In this document: piece after piece, positions 31,652 through 42,250 of the stretch
Layout: every line of letters begins with the position of its first letter
How positions within the stretch are numbered: position 1 is the first letter of the stretch
Source of the DNA: an uncultured Alphaproteobacteria bacterium
GTDB lineage: Bacteria > Pseudomonadota > Alphaproteobacteria > Rhizobiales > Methyloligellaceae
Assembly: GCA_963812105.1 (NCBI GenBank)
Contig: CAWEUF010000010.1
Coordinates: forward strand, 145,002 to 209,001
Length of the DNA: 64,000 nt
Direction: 5' to 3'
Made by a program: the position numbers and the translations under genes
The notes under the pieces: generated by a model
Databases searched by the model: none
What the model was told of the DNA's origin: nothing
Seen by the model: the letters and a program-made list of their open reading frames with translations, nothing else

Positions 31652-32701
31652 CTAACGGGCCTGCGGCGCTTGCGGCAGGCTGCTGTCAGCCGACACGTCG
31701 CGCTCAGGCGCCGACGTCCCCTCACCCAAAGCACCCTGCTCCAACGCATCGCCGGCGTCGTCGCCGGACGGCGCCTCCGGCTTCTCGGTCGGATTGGCCG
31801 GCGCCGGGGCAGGTTGGCCGGTGCCGGACTGACCGGTCTTGCCGAAAGCGTCGTTGAAAAAGCGGAAGAATTGCGAATCGGGGCTGAGCAGCAGCCTGGT
31901 GTCGCCCGCCTTGAACGCCATCTCATAGGCCTGCATGGACCGGTAGAAGGCGAAGAAGTCGGGGTCCTGGCCGAAGGCGTCGGCGAAGATGCGGTTCCGC
32001 TCGGCGTCGCCGGCGCCGCGGATGCGCTCGGACTCGCCGGTGGCATCGGCCTTGATCACGGTGACTTGGCGGTCGGCGGTACCGCGAATGCGGCGGGCGG
32101 CGCCCTCGCCTTCGGCGCGGAACTCGGCCGCCTCGCGCTGCCGCTCGGTCTGCATGCGCCGGTAGATCGCCTGCATATTGGCCTCGGGCAGGTCGACGCG
32201 CTTGATGCGCACGTCGACGATCTGGACGCCGAACGGGCTCGCTTCGTCGTTCACCTGGGCGGCGATCGTCTTCATCAACGACTCGCGCTTGTCGCGCACC
32301 ACCGAGGTGAAGGTCGAGCCGCCGAGCACGCGCCGGAGCGAGGCTTCGAGGATGGCGCCGATGCGGGCGCTAGCGATGCGCTCGTCACGCAGGCTTTGGA
32401 AGAACAGCAGCGGATCGACGATCTTGTAGCGGGCGAAGGCATCGACCACGAGCCGCTTCTTGTCGGAGGCGATCACCTCTTGGCTCGCGGTGTCGATGTC
32501 GAGGATGCGCTTATCGAAGAACTCGACGTTCTGAATGAACGGGACCTTGTATTTCAGGCCCGGCTCGGTGATGACCCGCTTCGGCTTGCCGAATTCGAGC
32601 ACCAGCGCCTGCTCGGTCTGGCTGACGGTGAACAGCGTCAGATAGGCGACGAAGGCGGCGAGCCCGAGCAGGACCAGCGTGAAGGTGAGGCTGCGGCTCA
32701 T
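31652..32701 (-). CDS. hflC: Protease modulator HflC
   Basis: SPFH domain, RMQTERQREA, DPDFFAFYRSMQAY; Pro/acidic C-terminal extension. Confidence 0.95.
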   Translation of the reverse strand: MSRSLTFTLVLLGLAAFVAYLTLFTVSQTEQALVLEFGKPKRVITEPGLKYKVPFIQNVEFFDKRILDIDTASQEVIASDKKRLVVDAFARYKIVDPLLFFQSLRDERIASARIGAILEASLRRVLGGSTFTSVVRDKRESLMKTIAAQVNDEASPFGVQIVDVRIKRVDLPEANMQAIYRRMQTERQREAAEFRAEGEGAARRIRGTADRQVTVIKADATGESERIRGAGDAERNRIFADAFGQDPDFFAFYRSMQAYEMAFKAGDTRLLLSPDSQFFRFFNDAFGKTGQSGTGQPAPAPANPTEKPEAPSGDDAGDALEQGALGEGTSAPERDVSADSSLPQAPQAR

Positions 32702-33813
32702 GGCTGGGCCTCCTCAGGCGGGGAGGGTTTCTTGACGGTGAACTCCGAGAGCGGCAGGAACGGCAGCACGCCGGGACCCGCTTTGTCGTCGATGATCACC
32801 TTGTCGGTGTCGCCCAGCACCTTCTCCATGGTCTCGATGAAGATGCGCTGCCGGGTGACATCGGGCGCCTTCTTGTACTGCTCGTAGACCTGGAGAAACC
32901 GGCTGGCATCGCCGCTGGCCAGGGCGATGACCTGGTCGCGATAACCTTGCGCGGCTTGCAGGATGCGCTCGGCCTCGCCGCGCGCCTCGGGGATGATGCG
33001 ATTGGAATAGGCTTCGGCCTCGTTCTGCAAGCGCTCCTGGTCGGCGCGCGCGGCCTGCACGTCGCGGAAGGCGTCGATCACCTGCGACGGCGGGTCGACC
33101 TTCTGCAATTGGACCTGGGTGACCTGGACGCCGGCGCCGTAGGAGTCGAGGATCTTCTGCATCAGCTCCTGCACCTCGGCCTCGGTCTTGGCGCGGGCTT
33201 CGGTCAGGATCGGCTCGATGTCGCTCTGGCCGACGATCTCGCGCATGGCGCTCTCGGCCACCGCCTTCACCGTGCCTTCGGGATTCTGGATGTTGAACAG
33301 ATAGTCGGGCGCGTCGGCGATCCGCCAGAACACGACGAAGTCGACATCGACGATGTTCTCGTCACCCGTGATCATCAGGCTTTCCTCGGGTACGTCGCGG
33401 ATCGTCGACGTGGCGTCGCGGACGTCGGAAGAGCCGCGCATGCCGACCTCGATACGGTTGATGCGGGTCACTTTCGGCAGCTCGACCTGCTCGATCGGAT
33501 AGGGCCAGCGGAAATTCAGGCCGGGCGGGAGCTGGCGGACATATTCGCCGAATCGCAGCACGATGCCGAGCTCGTCGGGGTTCACCCGCACGGTGAAGCC
33601 GAAAAAGCCGATCAGCGCGACCAGCACCACGGCGAGCAGGATGGCGAACGGGCCACCCATCCGGCCGCCCGGCATGGCCTGGCGCAGCCGGTCCTGGCTC
33701 CGGCGGAGGATCTCTTCCAAGTCAGGCTGTTGGCCGGGGCCTGGCCGCGGGCCCCATGGCCCACCGCCGCCGCCTTTCCAACCGCCGCCGCCGCTCTGAT
33801 TGCTCCAAGGCAT
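32698..33813 (-). CDS. hflK: FtsH protease modulator HflK
   Basis: MPWSNQSGGG, PDLEEILRR, MITGDENIVDV, AFRDVQAA, APDVTRQR. Confidence 0.96.
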   Translation of the reverse strand: MPWSNQSGGGGWKGGGGGPWGPRPGPGQQPDLEEILRRSQDRLRQAMPGGRMGGPFAILLAVVLVALIGFFGFTVRVNPDELGIVLRFGEYVRQLPPGLNFRWPYPIEQVELPKVTRINRIEVGMRGSSDVRDATSTIRDVPEESLMITGDENIVDVDFVVFWRIADAPDYLFNIQNPEGTVKAVAESAMREIVGQSDIEPILTEARAKTEAEVQELMQKILDSYGAGVQVTQVQLQKVDPPSQVIDAFRDVQAARADQERLQNEAEAYSNRIIPEARGEAERILQAAQGYRDQVIALASGDASRFLQVYEQYKKAPDVTRQRIFIETMEKVLGDTDKVIIDDKAGPGVLPFLPLSEFTVKKPSPPEEAQP

Positions 33814-33928
33814 GATGAAGGTGATCCCGAGATCTGATGAAGGGGTGGCGCCGACCGGCCGAGATGGTGAGACGCTAGCCGATCAGACTAGCCGCAACAA
33901 AATGGCGGTCCTGCGACAAGATTAGGGG

Positions 33929-33957
33929 GTTATAGGCCACTCATCCTTGCGGCGCAA
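33929..33957 (-). promoter_or_regulatory. Possible sigma70/RpoH-type promoter of hflKC
   Basis: Minus strand TTGCGC-N17-TATAAC, preceded by CC. Confidence 0.4.
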
Positions 33958-33972
33958 CGTGCCCAGCGGCGT

Positions 33973-34512
33973 TCACCTTACCCGCTCCAGCACCACGAAA
34001 CTGAAGGCGTGGTCGTCCTTGGGGCCGGCCTTGTGCGCCTCGCGCGATATCTCGCGCCATTCGTTCGGGTCGAGATCGGGGAACCAGGTGTCGGCCTTGG
34101 GCGAGGCATGGACCTCGGTCAGATAGATGCGGTCCGCTTGCGGCAAGACCTCGCGGAACACGTCCTCCCCGCCGATGATCATGATCTCGGAGGCGCCGGT
34201 CCGTGCCGCCGAAGCCCGCGCGGCGTCGAGCCCCTCCTTCAGGCTGTGGGCCATCACCGCATCGGGCGGCGCGACGAAGCCACGGTCGCGGCTGAGCACG
34301 ATGTTGAGCCGGCCGTCGAGCACGCGGGGCAGAGACTTGAAGGTGCGGCGGCCCATGAGAACAGGCTTGCCCATGGTGATCTCGCGGAAATAGCGCATGT
34401 CGCTGCGCAAGTGCCAGGGCAGCTCCCCGCCCCGGCCGATGGCGCCGTTCTCGGCCTTCGCCACTACCAGCGCGATGATCGGCGCATCCGCCGTTACCCG
34501 GCCAGCGCTCAC
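33973..34512 (-). CDS. folA: Dihydrofolate reductase
   Basis: NGAIG...[33 protein letters not shown]. Confidence 0.95.
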   Translation of the reverse strand: MSAGRVTADAPIIALVVAKAENGAIGRGGELPWHLRSDMRYFREITMGKPVLMGRRTFKSLPRVLDGRLNIVLSRDRGFVAPPDAVMAHSLKEGLDAARASAARTGASEIMIIGGEDVFREVLPQADRIYLTEVHASPKADTWFPDLDPNEWREISREAHKAGPKDDHAFSFVVLERVR

Positions 34513-35303
34513 ACGGCCACCTGGGCGCTGATCGCGGGGTGCGGATCGTAGCCCACCAGCTTGAAGTCCTCATAGGCGAAGTCGAACAGCGAGCGGATCT
34601 CGGGGTTGATCTCCATGCGCGGCAGCGCGCGGGGCTGGCGCTTCAACTGCTCGTCGGCCTGATCGAGATGGGTGAGATAGAGATGGGCGTCGCCGAAACT
34701 ATGGATGAACTCGCCCGGCGCGAAGCCGGTGACCTGCGCCATCACCAGCGTGAGCAGCGCATAAGACGCAATGTTGAACGGAACGCCGAGGAACACGTCG
34801 GCCGAGCGCTGGTAAAGTTGGCAGGAGAGCCGCCCCTCGCCCACATAGAACTGGAACAGGCAATGGCAGGGCGACAGCGCCATCCGGTCGAGCTCGCCGA
34901 CATTCCAGGCGCTGACGATGTGGCGGCGCGAGTCGGGATCGCGCTTCAGTCCGTCCACCACTTGCGCGATCTGATCGATGTGCCGGCCGTCGGGCGCCGG
35001 CCATGAGCGCCACTGGCGGCCGTAGACCGGACCGAGCTCGCCCTGCGCGTCGGCCCATTCGTCCCAGATGGTCACGCCGTGCTCGTTCAGATAGCGCACA
35101 TTGGTCGAGCCTTGCAGGAACCACAGCAGCTCGTGGACGATCGACTTCACATGCAGCTTCTTGGTGGTGACGAGCGGGAAGCCCTTGGCGAGATCGAAGC
35201 GCATCTGATGGCCGAAGATCGAGAGCGTGCCGGTATTGGTGCGGTCGTCCTTGCGGATGCCGTGGTTTCGGACATTGGCGAGAAGGTCGAGATATTGGCG
35301 CAA
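34509..35303 (-). CDS. thyA: Thymidylate synthase
   Basis: [35 protein letters not shown]; TTG start. Confidence 0.97.
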   Translation of the reverse strand: MRQYLDLLANVRNHGIRKDDRTNTGTLSIFGHQMRFDLAKGFPLVTTKKLHVKSIVHELLWFLQGSTNVRYLNEHGVTIWDEWADAQGELGPVYGRQWRSWPAPDGRHIDQIAQVVDGLKRDPDSRRHIVSAWNVGELDRMALSPCHCLFQFYVGEGRLSCQLYQRSADVFLGVPFNIASYALLTLVMAQVTGFAPGEFIHSFGDAHLYLTHLDQADEQLKRQPRALPRMEINPEIRSLFDFAYEDFKLVGYDPHPAISAQVAV

Positions 35304-35448
35304 AACGGGTTCATTCTCCTATGAGAGCCGGTCGCGGTTCGCGCCCGAGCCGGTCGCTTTCACGATAACATCGGCTCGCCGATTCGCGCCCGGCGTCGAG
35401 GCGGGATCAATCCTTTTTTTTGCCGCCGTGGCAGCCTATATTGAGTCT

Positions 35449-35790
35449 GCCGGCGCAAGCCGGATATGGCGATAAACAGTCTTCGTAATAAGCCCATTCG
35501 GACCCGGGGGCAGTACCCGGCGCCTCCACCAGGATTGAGAAGATGCGCGATCAACGGTCTTCGACTTCTCAATCGTGGCGGGGGCGAAATAGGCTCGACG
35601 AGGGTGTAAAGGTCGTGCTTTCGCCCGGCATGGTACCGCCGTTATCGGGCCAACCCTATAGTTGCCAATGACAACTATGCGGAGGCTCGTCTCGCCGCGT
35701 AAGCAGCGCGATAGCCTGAAAATAAAGTCCTAGCCGCTTCGCGGCGACTAGGCGCGGTTCGGAGGGCACCGGCCAACAGAAGCCCTCCAC
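35449..35790 (+). ncRNA. ssrA: Two-piece (circularly permuted) tmRNA
   Basis: Acceptor piece ends CGCCTCCACCA at 35531; coding piece starts GGGGGCGAAATAGG at 35580; tag frame 35664-35702 encodes ANDNYAEARLAA*; ends approximate. Confidence 0.95.
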
Positions 35791-35845
35791 TTTATGACGG
35801 GGTGGATGACTGCCTCACGTCGCAAGAGGGTAGGCGGCGGTTGCC

Positions 35846-36388
35846 ATGGCAGAAGACGAAATCAGATACGACCTTCTCACCCAGGACGCATTGCGCGGCG
35901 TGGTGCGCCAGGTGTTGACCCGCGTGCAGCGCGACGGCCTCCCCGGCGAGCACCATCTCTACATCGCCTTCGATACCGGCGGCGAGGGCGTGTCGGTGTC
36001 GAAGCGGCTCAAAGAGCAATATCCGGAAGAAATGACCATCGTGCTGCAGTACCAGTTCTGGGACCTGCAGGTGACCAACGAACGGTTCGAGGTGAAGCTG
36101 TCCTTCTCCAACGTGCCCGAGCGCCTGGTGGTGCCGTTCAGCGCGGTCAAGGCGTTCTACGATCCGTCCGCCCAGTTCGGTCTGCAATTCGGCAAGCCCG
36201 GCGCGGCCAACGACTCGGCCCGCCAGCATATGGCGGCGGCGCTGCCCGATCTGGTCGGTGAGCCGGACGAGCCGCGCGGCGCGATCGAGCCGGTCCATGA
36301 GGAGCCGAGCGAGGGGCAAAGCGCCGAAGTCGTGATGTCGCGCCCGCCCGCCGAGGTGGTGCATCTCGACCGCTTCCGCAAGAAATAG
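35846..36388 (+). CDS. sspB: ClpXP adaptor SspB (alpha type)
   Basis: LPGEHH.YI.F.T, YPEEMTIVLQYQFWDL, C-terminal VVHLDRFRKK; directly downstream of ssrA. Confidence 0.95.
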   Translation: MAEDEIRYDLLTQDALRGVVRQVLTRVQRDGLPGEHHLYIAFDTGGEGVSVSKRLKEQYPEEMTIVLQYQFWDLQVTNERFEVKLSFSNVPERLVVPFSAVKAFYDPSAQFGLQFGKPGAANDSARQHMAAALPDLVGEPDEPRGAIEPVHEEPSEGQSAEVVMSRPPAEVVHLDRFRKK

Positions 36389-36419
36389 CCGCCCGCCTGC
36401 TCCGTCCTTGGTCTTCCTT

Positions 36420-36436
36420 TGCCCAATATTTCAGCA
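36420..36436. promoter_or_regulatory. NtrC-like enhancer site
   Basis: TGCCCAATATTTCAGCA, i.e. TGC-N11-GCA with an AT-rich core, 50 nt upstream of a sigma54 motif. Confidence 0.4.
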
Positions 36437-36486
36437 TGGCACCGGTGAGTTCGTCATTGACCTTGGCCGGGACAACGATTTGGACA

Positions 36487-36501
36487 TGGCATGATTTCTG
36501 C
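36487..36501 (+). promoter_or_regulatory. sigma54 (-24/-12) promoter of the glutaminase gene
   Basis: TGGCATGATTTCTGC with exact GG-N10-GC spacing, 45 nt before the start codon. Confidence 0.6.
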
Positions 36502-36545
36502 CTAAAATTATCGCCGCGTCGGCCGTTTGGAGTTGGGGATCGCGT

Positions 36546-38429
36546 TTGAACAAGATTGATGCCGTTCGACCGGTGCGAGACACCAAGGCCCAGGCGGCGC
36601 TGGCGCCGGTGCAAGAGTATTTGGCGGAACTGCGCGAGCGCGTCTCCGAGCTGACCGGCGGCAAGCCCGCCGACTACATCCCCGAGCTCGGCAAGGTCGA
36701 CCCTGATCTGTTCGGCATCGCCATCGCCACCGTCGACGGGCAGACCTATGCCGTGGGCGACTCCGAGGTCGCCTTCACCATCCAATCCGTATCGAAGCCG
36801 TTCATGTACGGTTATGCGCTGCAACGCTACGGGCGCGCGGCGGTGCTGAAACGTGTCGGCGTCGAACCGACCGGGGAAGCATTCAACTCGATCGTGCTCG
36901 ACGAGGTCATGAACCGCCCGTTCAATCCCATGGTCAATGCCGGCGCCATCGCCGTGGCCGAGCTGATGGACGGCGAGACCCAAGACGAGCGCGTCGCCAA
37001 TATGCTCGGCCTGTTCTCCAGCCTCGCCGGGCGCGAGCTCGACATCGATCAGGCGGTGTTCCGCTCAGAGCAGGCGACCGGCCACCGCAACCGGGCCATC
37101 GCCTATATGATGCTCAACTCGGCGATGATCGAGCGCGACCCGAACGAGGTGCTCGATCTCTATTTCCGCCAGTGCTCGGTCAACGTCACTTGCCGCGATC
37201 TGGCGATCATGGCCGCGACGCTCGCCAATGACGGCAAGAACCCGCTCACCGGCGAGGCCGTGTTCGACATCCAATATGTGCGCGACATGCTGTCGGTGAT
37301 GAATTCGTGCGGCATGTACGACTATGCCGGCGAGTGGGCCTATGAGGTCGGCATGCCGGCCAAGAGCGGCGTGTCGGGCTGCATCATCGCCGTCATCCCC
37401 GGCCAGATCGGCATCTGCGTGTTTTCTCCGCCCATCGATTCGCAAGGCAACAGCCTGCGCGGCATCCGGGTGTGCCAGGAAATCTCCAACGAGTTCGAGC
37501 TGCATGCGTTCAACAACCGCACCAATGTGCGCAGCGTAATCAGGCGCGACTACCGCGCCGATCTGGTGCGCTCGAACCGGCTGCGCACGCCCGAGGAGCG
37601 CGCGATCCTGGCGGAGCGAGGCGGCAAGATCGCCGTGCTCGAAGCGCAAGGGCCGCTGTTCTTCGGCTCGGCCGAGCAGCTGCTGCGCCGGATGACGCAG
37701 CTCGCCGCTGAGGCGAGTTACGTCGTGGTCGACTTCAAGCGGGTGCATCTCGCCGATACCGCGGCGCGCAAGCTGATCGTACGCGCGGCCCGTGCCATGG
37801 CCGGCGGAGGAACCGAACTGCTGTTCGCATCGATGGCCGCGGACGGCCCGCTCGGCGCGCTGGTCCAGGCCCTGTCCGAGCGCGACAACGAGCATCTCGT
37901 GCGCATGTTCCGCGACACCGACGCGGCGCTCGAATGGTGCGAGGATAGGGTGCTCGACGACGGCGCGCGGGGCTCGATCGGGACCAAATTCGCGCTCTCG
38001 GAGATCAACCTGTTCAAAGGCTTGAACCCGGACGAGTGCCGCATGGTCGAGTCCATCGTCCAGCCGCTGATGTTCGAGAAGGGCGACATCATCATCCGCG
38101 AGGGCGCCGAGGCCAATCTGTTCTTCGTGCTGGCGCGCGGCACGGTCAGCGTCCAGATCCGCGTGCCCGGCCGGGGCGAGCGCCGGAAACGGGTGGCCTC
38201 GATCGGCCCGGGCTTGAGCTTCGGCGAGATGGCGCTGCTCGACGGCGGCAAGCGTTCGGCCGACATCATCGCCGACGAGCGGGTGATCTGCTACGGCCTC
38301 AGGGTCGAGCAGTTGCGGGAGCTGACAGCCGAGCACCCCAACATCATGATCACCATCCTCAGCAATCTGACGCGCGAATTCTCCGAGCGCCTGCGGCATG
38401 CCAACGAGGAGATCGGCGTGCTCGAATAG
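36546..38429 (+). CDS. glsA: Glutaminase with STAS and cNMP-binding domains
   Basis: ADYIPEL, FTIQSVSKP, NPMVNAGAI, PAKSGVSG; GPLFFGSAE and VVDFKRV (STAS); SFGEMALLDGGKRSAD (cNMP). Confidence 0.93.
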   Translation: MNKIDAVRPVRDTKAQAALAPVQEYLAELRERVSELTGGKPADYIPELGKVDPDLFGIAIATVDGQTYAVGDSEVAFTIQSVSKPFMYGYALQRYGRAAVLKRVGVEPTGEAFNSIVLDEVMNRPFNPMVNAGAIAVAELMDGETQDERVANMLGLFSSLAGRELDIDQAVFRSEQATGHRNRAIAYMMLNSAMIERDPNEVLDLYFRQCSVNVTCRDLAIMAATLANDGKNPLTGEAVFDIQYVRDMLSVMNSCGMYDYAGEWAYEVGMPAKSGVSGCIIAVIPGQIGICVFSPPIDSQGNSLRGIRVCQEISNEFELHAFNNRTNVRSVIRRDYRADLVRSNRLRTPEERAILAERGGKIAVLEAQGPLFFGSAEQLLRRMTQLAAEASYVVVDFKRVHLADTAARKLIVRAARAMAGGGTELLFASMAADGPLGALVQALSERDNEHLVRMFRDTDAALEWCEDRVLDDGARGSIGTKFALSEINLFKGLNPDECRMVESIVQPLMFEKGDIIIREGAEANLFFVLARGTVSVQIRVPGRGERRKRVASIGPGLSFGEMALLDGGKRSADIIADERVICYGLRVEQLRELTAEHPNIMITILSNLTREFSERLRHANEEIGVLE

Positions 38430-38432
38430 CGG

Positions 38433-40361
38433 CTAGGCCTCGGCCGCGGCCGTTTGCGGCTTTCTGCGCGGCTCTTTCGACGGCTCAAGCGGCACGTTCA
38501 ATTCCACATAGAGGCCGGTCGGCCTGAACTCGATTTTGCTTTCGCCGCCGAGATTGTGGCGGATGCCTTGGTCGATCAACCGCATGCCGAACCCGCCGCC
38601 GCGCCTGGTCGGAACCGGATTGAGGGTGGCCCGCTCCTCCCAAGTGAGCATCAGCCGGCCGCCGCGCGCGGTCTTCCAGTTGATGCCGAGCTGACCGCTA
38701 TTCGAAGACAGCGCCCCGTACTTCACCGCGTTGGTGGCGAGCTCGTGCAGCGTCATGGCGAGGATCGAGGTGCATTGCGGCGGCAAGAGCACGTCGTTGC
38801 CTTTGATCATGATCTTCGGACCGCCTTCGCGGCGATAGGGCTCGAGCTCGCGCTCCACCATGGCCTTGAGGCTGGCGCCCGACCATTGCGACTCGAGCAG
38901 CAGGTCGTGGGCGCGATGAAGCGCTTGGAGCCGCTCGGCGAGCGTCTGAGCCATGGCTTGCGCCGGCCGCGAGGTCGCCTGGCGCAGGCTCGCCTGCACC
39001 AGCGACTGCACGATGGCGAGTGCGTTCTTGACCCGGTGATTGAGCTCGCCCACCAGCATCGACTGGCGCTGCGCCGTGCGCCGCCGTTCGGTGACGTCGC
39101 GGAAAATGAGCACCGCGCCGGCCAGCGAGCCGTCGAAGCCGAGAATGGGCGCGCCGCAATGCTCGACCGGCAGCTCCTGCTTGTCGCGGGTGACCAGCAG
39201 CGCGCCGGACTCAAGCCGCGTCACCGCCCGCTCGCGCAGCGCCTTCAGCGCCGGGTCGTCGACCGGCTTGCGCGTGCTCTCGTTGATGACGCGAAACACC
39301 TCCCAGATCGGCCGGCCGCGGGCTTTCTGGCCCGACCATCCGGTCATCTCCTCGGCGACGGTGTTGAGCAGCAGCACGCTACCGTTGGGATCGGTGGCGA
39401 TGACGCCATCGCCGATACTGCCAAGGGTCGTGCTCAGCCATTCGCGCTGCCCGCGTAGCTCCATCAGCGCCGCGTTGCGGTCGCGGTCGGCGCGGCGCAC
39501 GGCGCCGATCGTCGTCCAGGCGAACAGAGCAAGCACCAGGATGCTGGCCACGGCGAAGATGGCGAGCGTGGCGGCGCTGTCATAAAAGGTCGCGGCCTCG
39601 GCCTGATGCGCGAACCAGCCGATCACCAGCGGCAGGACGATGATGCCGGGCAGCAGCCGGCGCAACATCTCGCCGGCCGGCGATTGCTCGACGATGGCGG
39701 CGGCGATGCCGTATTCGGGCGACGCCGCGAGCAGGCCGATGCCGAGCAGGAAGCCGCATAGCGCGCCGTATAGCGACATGTCGGTGAACGGGAACGGATA
39801 GTAATAGGTGGCGACGCCATAGGCGTAGCCGGCCAGCACGATCAGCACCTGCGACAGGATGATGAGGGCGATGATCTGGCTGAAGGCCGAGGAGATGCCG
39901 CCCTGCTTGGCGTAAAGCAGCGCCAGGCCGAACATGATCAGCAATCCGGTTACGCCGGGCGCGAGGTGCATCTCTTCGGCTTGGGCTGCGCCGGCGGCAA
40001 CGCTGTCGCTGCGCACCAGCGCTTGGTCGAGGCCGAGATCGAAGCCCAACAGATCCTGGCTGAGGATGGCCAGGCCGAGCACCACCAGGGCAAAGCCGAT
40101 CAGCCGCGCCAGCGGGCGGATGGCCCGGAAGGTGAGACAGAACAATCCGACGGCGCCGGCGACAATGCCCCCGGCCGCGGCGGGAGTCATGCTGGCGAGG
40201 CCGGGAAAACTCCCGGTCAGCCGTGGGATGGGGAGTTGCCAAACGAACAGAATGAGGCCGCCGATCAGCGCGACCAAGAATGCCGCGCAGCGCGCGATCA
40301 GCAATGACATGCGCTCCGCGCGTGGCGCGGGCAGCGCCATTCTCACTGGAACTTCAGCCAC
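38433..40361 (-). CDS. Membrane-bound PAS sensor histidine kinase, HWE family
   Basis: About seven TM helices, SIGDGVIATD PAS domain, ELNHRVKN, LHELATNAVKYGALS, LTWEE, GFGMRLI. Confidence 0.92.
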   Translation of the reverse strand: MAEVPVRMALPAPRAERMSLLIARCAAFLVALIGGLILFVWQLPIPRLTGSFPGLASMTPAAAGGIVAGAVGLFCLTFRAIRPLARLIGFALVVLGLAILSQDLLGFDLGLDQALVRSDSVAAGAAQAEEMHLAPGVTGLLIMFGLALLYAKQGGISSAFSQIIALIILSQVLIVLAGYAYGVATYYYPFPFTDMSLYGALCGFLLGIGLLAASPEYGIAAAIVEQSPAGEMLRRLLPGIIVLPLVIGWFAHQAEAATFYDSAATLAIFAVASILVLALFAWTTIGAVRRADRDRNAALMELRGQREWLSTTLGSIGDGVIATDPNGSVLLLNTVAEEMTGWSGQKARGRPIWEVFRVINESTRKPVDDPALKALRERAVTRLESGALLVTRDKQELPVEHCGAPILGFDGSLAGAVLIFRDVTERRRTAQRQSMLVGELNHRVKNALAIVQSLVQASLRQATSRPAQAMAQTLAERLQALHRAHDLLLESQWSGASLKAMVERELEPYRREGGPKIMIKGNDVLLPPQCTSILAMTLHELATNAVKYGALSSNSGQLGINWKTARGGRLMLTWEERATLNPVPTRRGGGFGMRLIDQGIRHNLGGESKIEFRPTGLYVELNVPLEPSKEPRRKPQTAAAEA

Positions 40362-40568
40362 TCGCCTTCCTCACCCAAGTTCGCGGAACGGAACCCGGAA
40401 GCTTTGGGCGCTCCTCGGCAGAAGGCCGCAACGCAGCGAACGAGCGCGTTCTCCCACCCCGTGAGCGTGTTATAGCGTAGCCCCCATAGTGCCGGTAGGA
40501 CATTCGATGCCAGCGGGATCAGGATAGAGTGTCCTGGTCGCCGACCGACATCGACAGGAGATTTGAGC

Positions 40569-41996
40569 ATGCCTCAGGACAGAGGTGCCAAGAGCGGGTC
40601 CCCAACTTCCACGCGCATCGAGACCGATGCCCTCGGACCGATCGAGGTGGCGCACGACCGCTATTGGGGCGCGCAGACGGAACGCTCGCGCCGGAATTTC
40701 AGGATCGGCGAGGAAAGCATGCCGAAGCCCCTGATCCGGGCGATCGCCCTGGTCAAGAAGGCTGCGGCCCTCACCAACCGCGAAATCGGCTTGCTGGAGG
40801 CGCGCCTGGCAGAGGCCATCGCCGCCGCGGCCGACGAGATCATCGAAGACAAACTTGATGCTCATTTCCCCCTGGTCGTGTGGCAAACCGGCTCGGGAAC
40901 CCAGAGCAACATGAACGTCAACGAAGTCATCGCCAACCGAGCAAGCGAATTGCTTGGTGTTGCTCTCGGCTCAAAGCGGCCAATTCACCCCAATGATCAC
41001 GTCAATCTCGGTCAATCCTCCAACGATGTCTTTCCCACGGCCATGCATATCGCCGCGGCTTGTGAAATCGCCTACCGGCTAAACCCTGCGCTGGCCCGGC
41101 TTTACCAGGCGCTCAAGGACAAAGCTGAGGCGTTTCAGGACATTCTCAAGATCGGCCGCACGCATTTGCAGGACGCTACTCCCCTCACTTTAGGGCAAGA
41201 ATTCGGCGGCTATGCGGCGCAGGTCGATCATGGCATCGAACGCATCAAACTCACCCTTTCCGGCCTCTACGCGTTGGCGCAAGGCGGCACGGCGGTGGGC
41301 ACCGGGCTCAACACCCACGCTCTGTTTGCCGAGGCGTTCGCCGCCAAGATCGCCGAGATCACCAAACTCCCGTTCGTCAGCGCCGAGAACAAGTTCGAGG
41401 CGCTGGCCAGCCACGACGCCCTGGTGTTTGCGCACGGTGCGCTCAACACCGTGGCCGTGTCGCTGTTCAAGATCGCCAGCGACATCAGGTTGCTGGGCTC
41501 GGGCCCGCGCACCGGCTTCGGCGAATTGCTGCTGCCGGAGAACGAGCCCGGCTCATCGATCATGCCGGGCAAGGTGAACCCCACCCAGTGCGAGGCGGTC
41601 ACCATGGTGGCGGCGCAGGTCATGGGCAACAACACGACCGTCACCTTTGCCGGCAGCCAAGGCCATCTGGAGCTCAACGTGTTCAAGCCGGTGATCGCCT
41701 ACGCCACGCTGCAATCGATCAGGCTGCTCACCGACGTCGCCGACTCGTTCCGGGAGAAATGCATCGTCGGCATCGAGCCCGACCGGGAGTGCATCAAAGC
41801 GCATCTGGAGCAATCGCTGATGCTGGTGACGGCGCTGGCGCCGCATATCGGTTACGACAAAGCGAGCGAGATCGCCAAGGCGGCGCATAAGCGCGGCACC
41901 ACGCTGCGCGAGGAGGCGGTGCGGCTCGGTCATGTGCGCGAGGAAGATTTCGACCGCTTGGTGCGGCCCGAGGACATGGTCGGCCCCAAGCACTAG
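40569..41996 (+). CDS. fumC: Class II fumarate hydratase
   Basis: [47 protein letters not shown]. Confidence 0.97.
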   Translation: MPQDRGAKSGSPTSTRIETDALGPIEVAHDRYWGAQTERSRRNFRIGEESMPKPLIRAIALVKKAAALTNREIGLLEARLAEAIAAAADEIIEDKLDAHFPLVVWQTGSGTQSNMNVNEVIANRASELLGVALGSKRPIHPNDHVNLGQSSNDVFPTAMHIAAACEIAYRLNPALARLYQALKDKAEAFQDILKIGRTHLQDATPLTLGQEFGGYAAQVDHGIERIKLTLSGLYALAQGGTAVGTGLNTHALFAEAFAAKIAEITKLPFVSAENKFEALASHDALVFAHGALNTVAVSLFKIASDIRLLGSGPRTGFGELLLPENEPGSSIMPGKVNPTQCEAVTMVAAQVMGNNTTVTFAGSQGHLELNVFKPVIAYATLQSIRLLTDVADSFREKCIVGIEPDRECIKAHLEQSLMLVTALAPHIGYDKASEIAKAAHKRGTTLREEAVRLGHVREEDFDRLVRPEDMVGPKH

Positions 41997-42005
41997 AGCT
42001 TGAAC

Positions 42006-42242
42006 ATGGCGCAAGCCCGCAACAAGCGCTCGCTCACCATCGCGCGGCACCGCACCTCGGTCACGCTCGAGGACGCGTTCTGGGAGGCGTTAGCGGACAT
42101 CGCCCGCGCCGAGGGCAAATCGGTGGCGGCGCTGGTCGGCGAGATCGACCAAAGCAGAAGCGCGCGAGCGAACGAGCAGCCTAGTCTGTCGGCGGCGATC
42201 CGGCTCTACGTGCTGGAGCGGACGCGCGGGCGGGCGGTCTAA
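42006..42242 (+). CDS. Ribbon-helix-helix domain protein
   Basis: KRSLTIA.HRTSVTLEDAFWEAL, LSAAIRLYVL. Confidence 0.88.
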   Translation: MAQARNKRSLTIARHRTSVTLEDAFWEALADIARAEGKSVAALVGEIDQSRSARANEQPSLSAAIRLYVLERTRGRAV

Positions 42243-42250
42243 CCGGCGCT

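Noticed and set aside
31652-31860. HflC Pro/acidic C-terminal extension as a novel domain
   Set aside because: Low-complexity, likely disordered tail with no recognisable motif
35532-35579. Hairpin between the tmRNA pieces as an inserted element
   Set aside because: It is the normal excised intervening segment of permuted tmRNA
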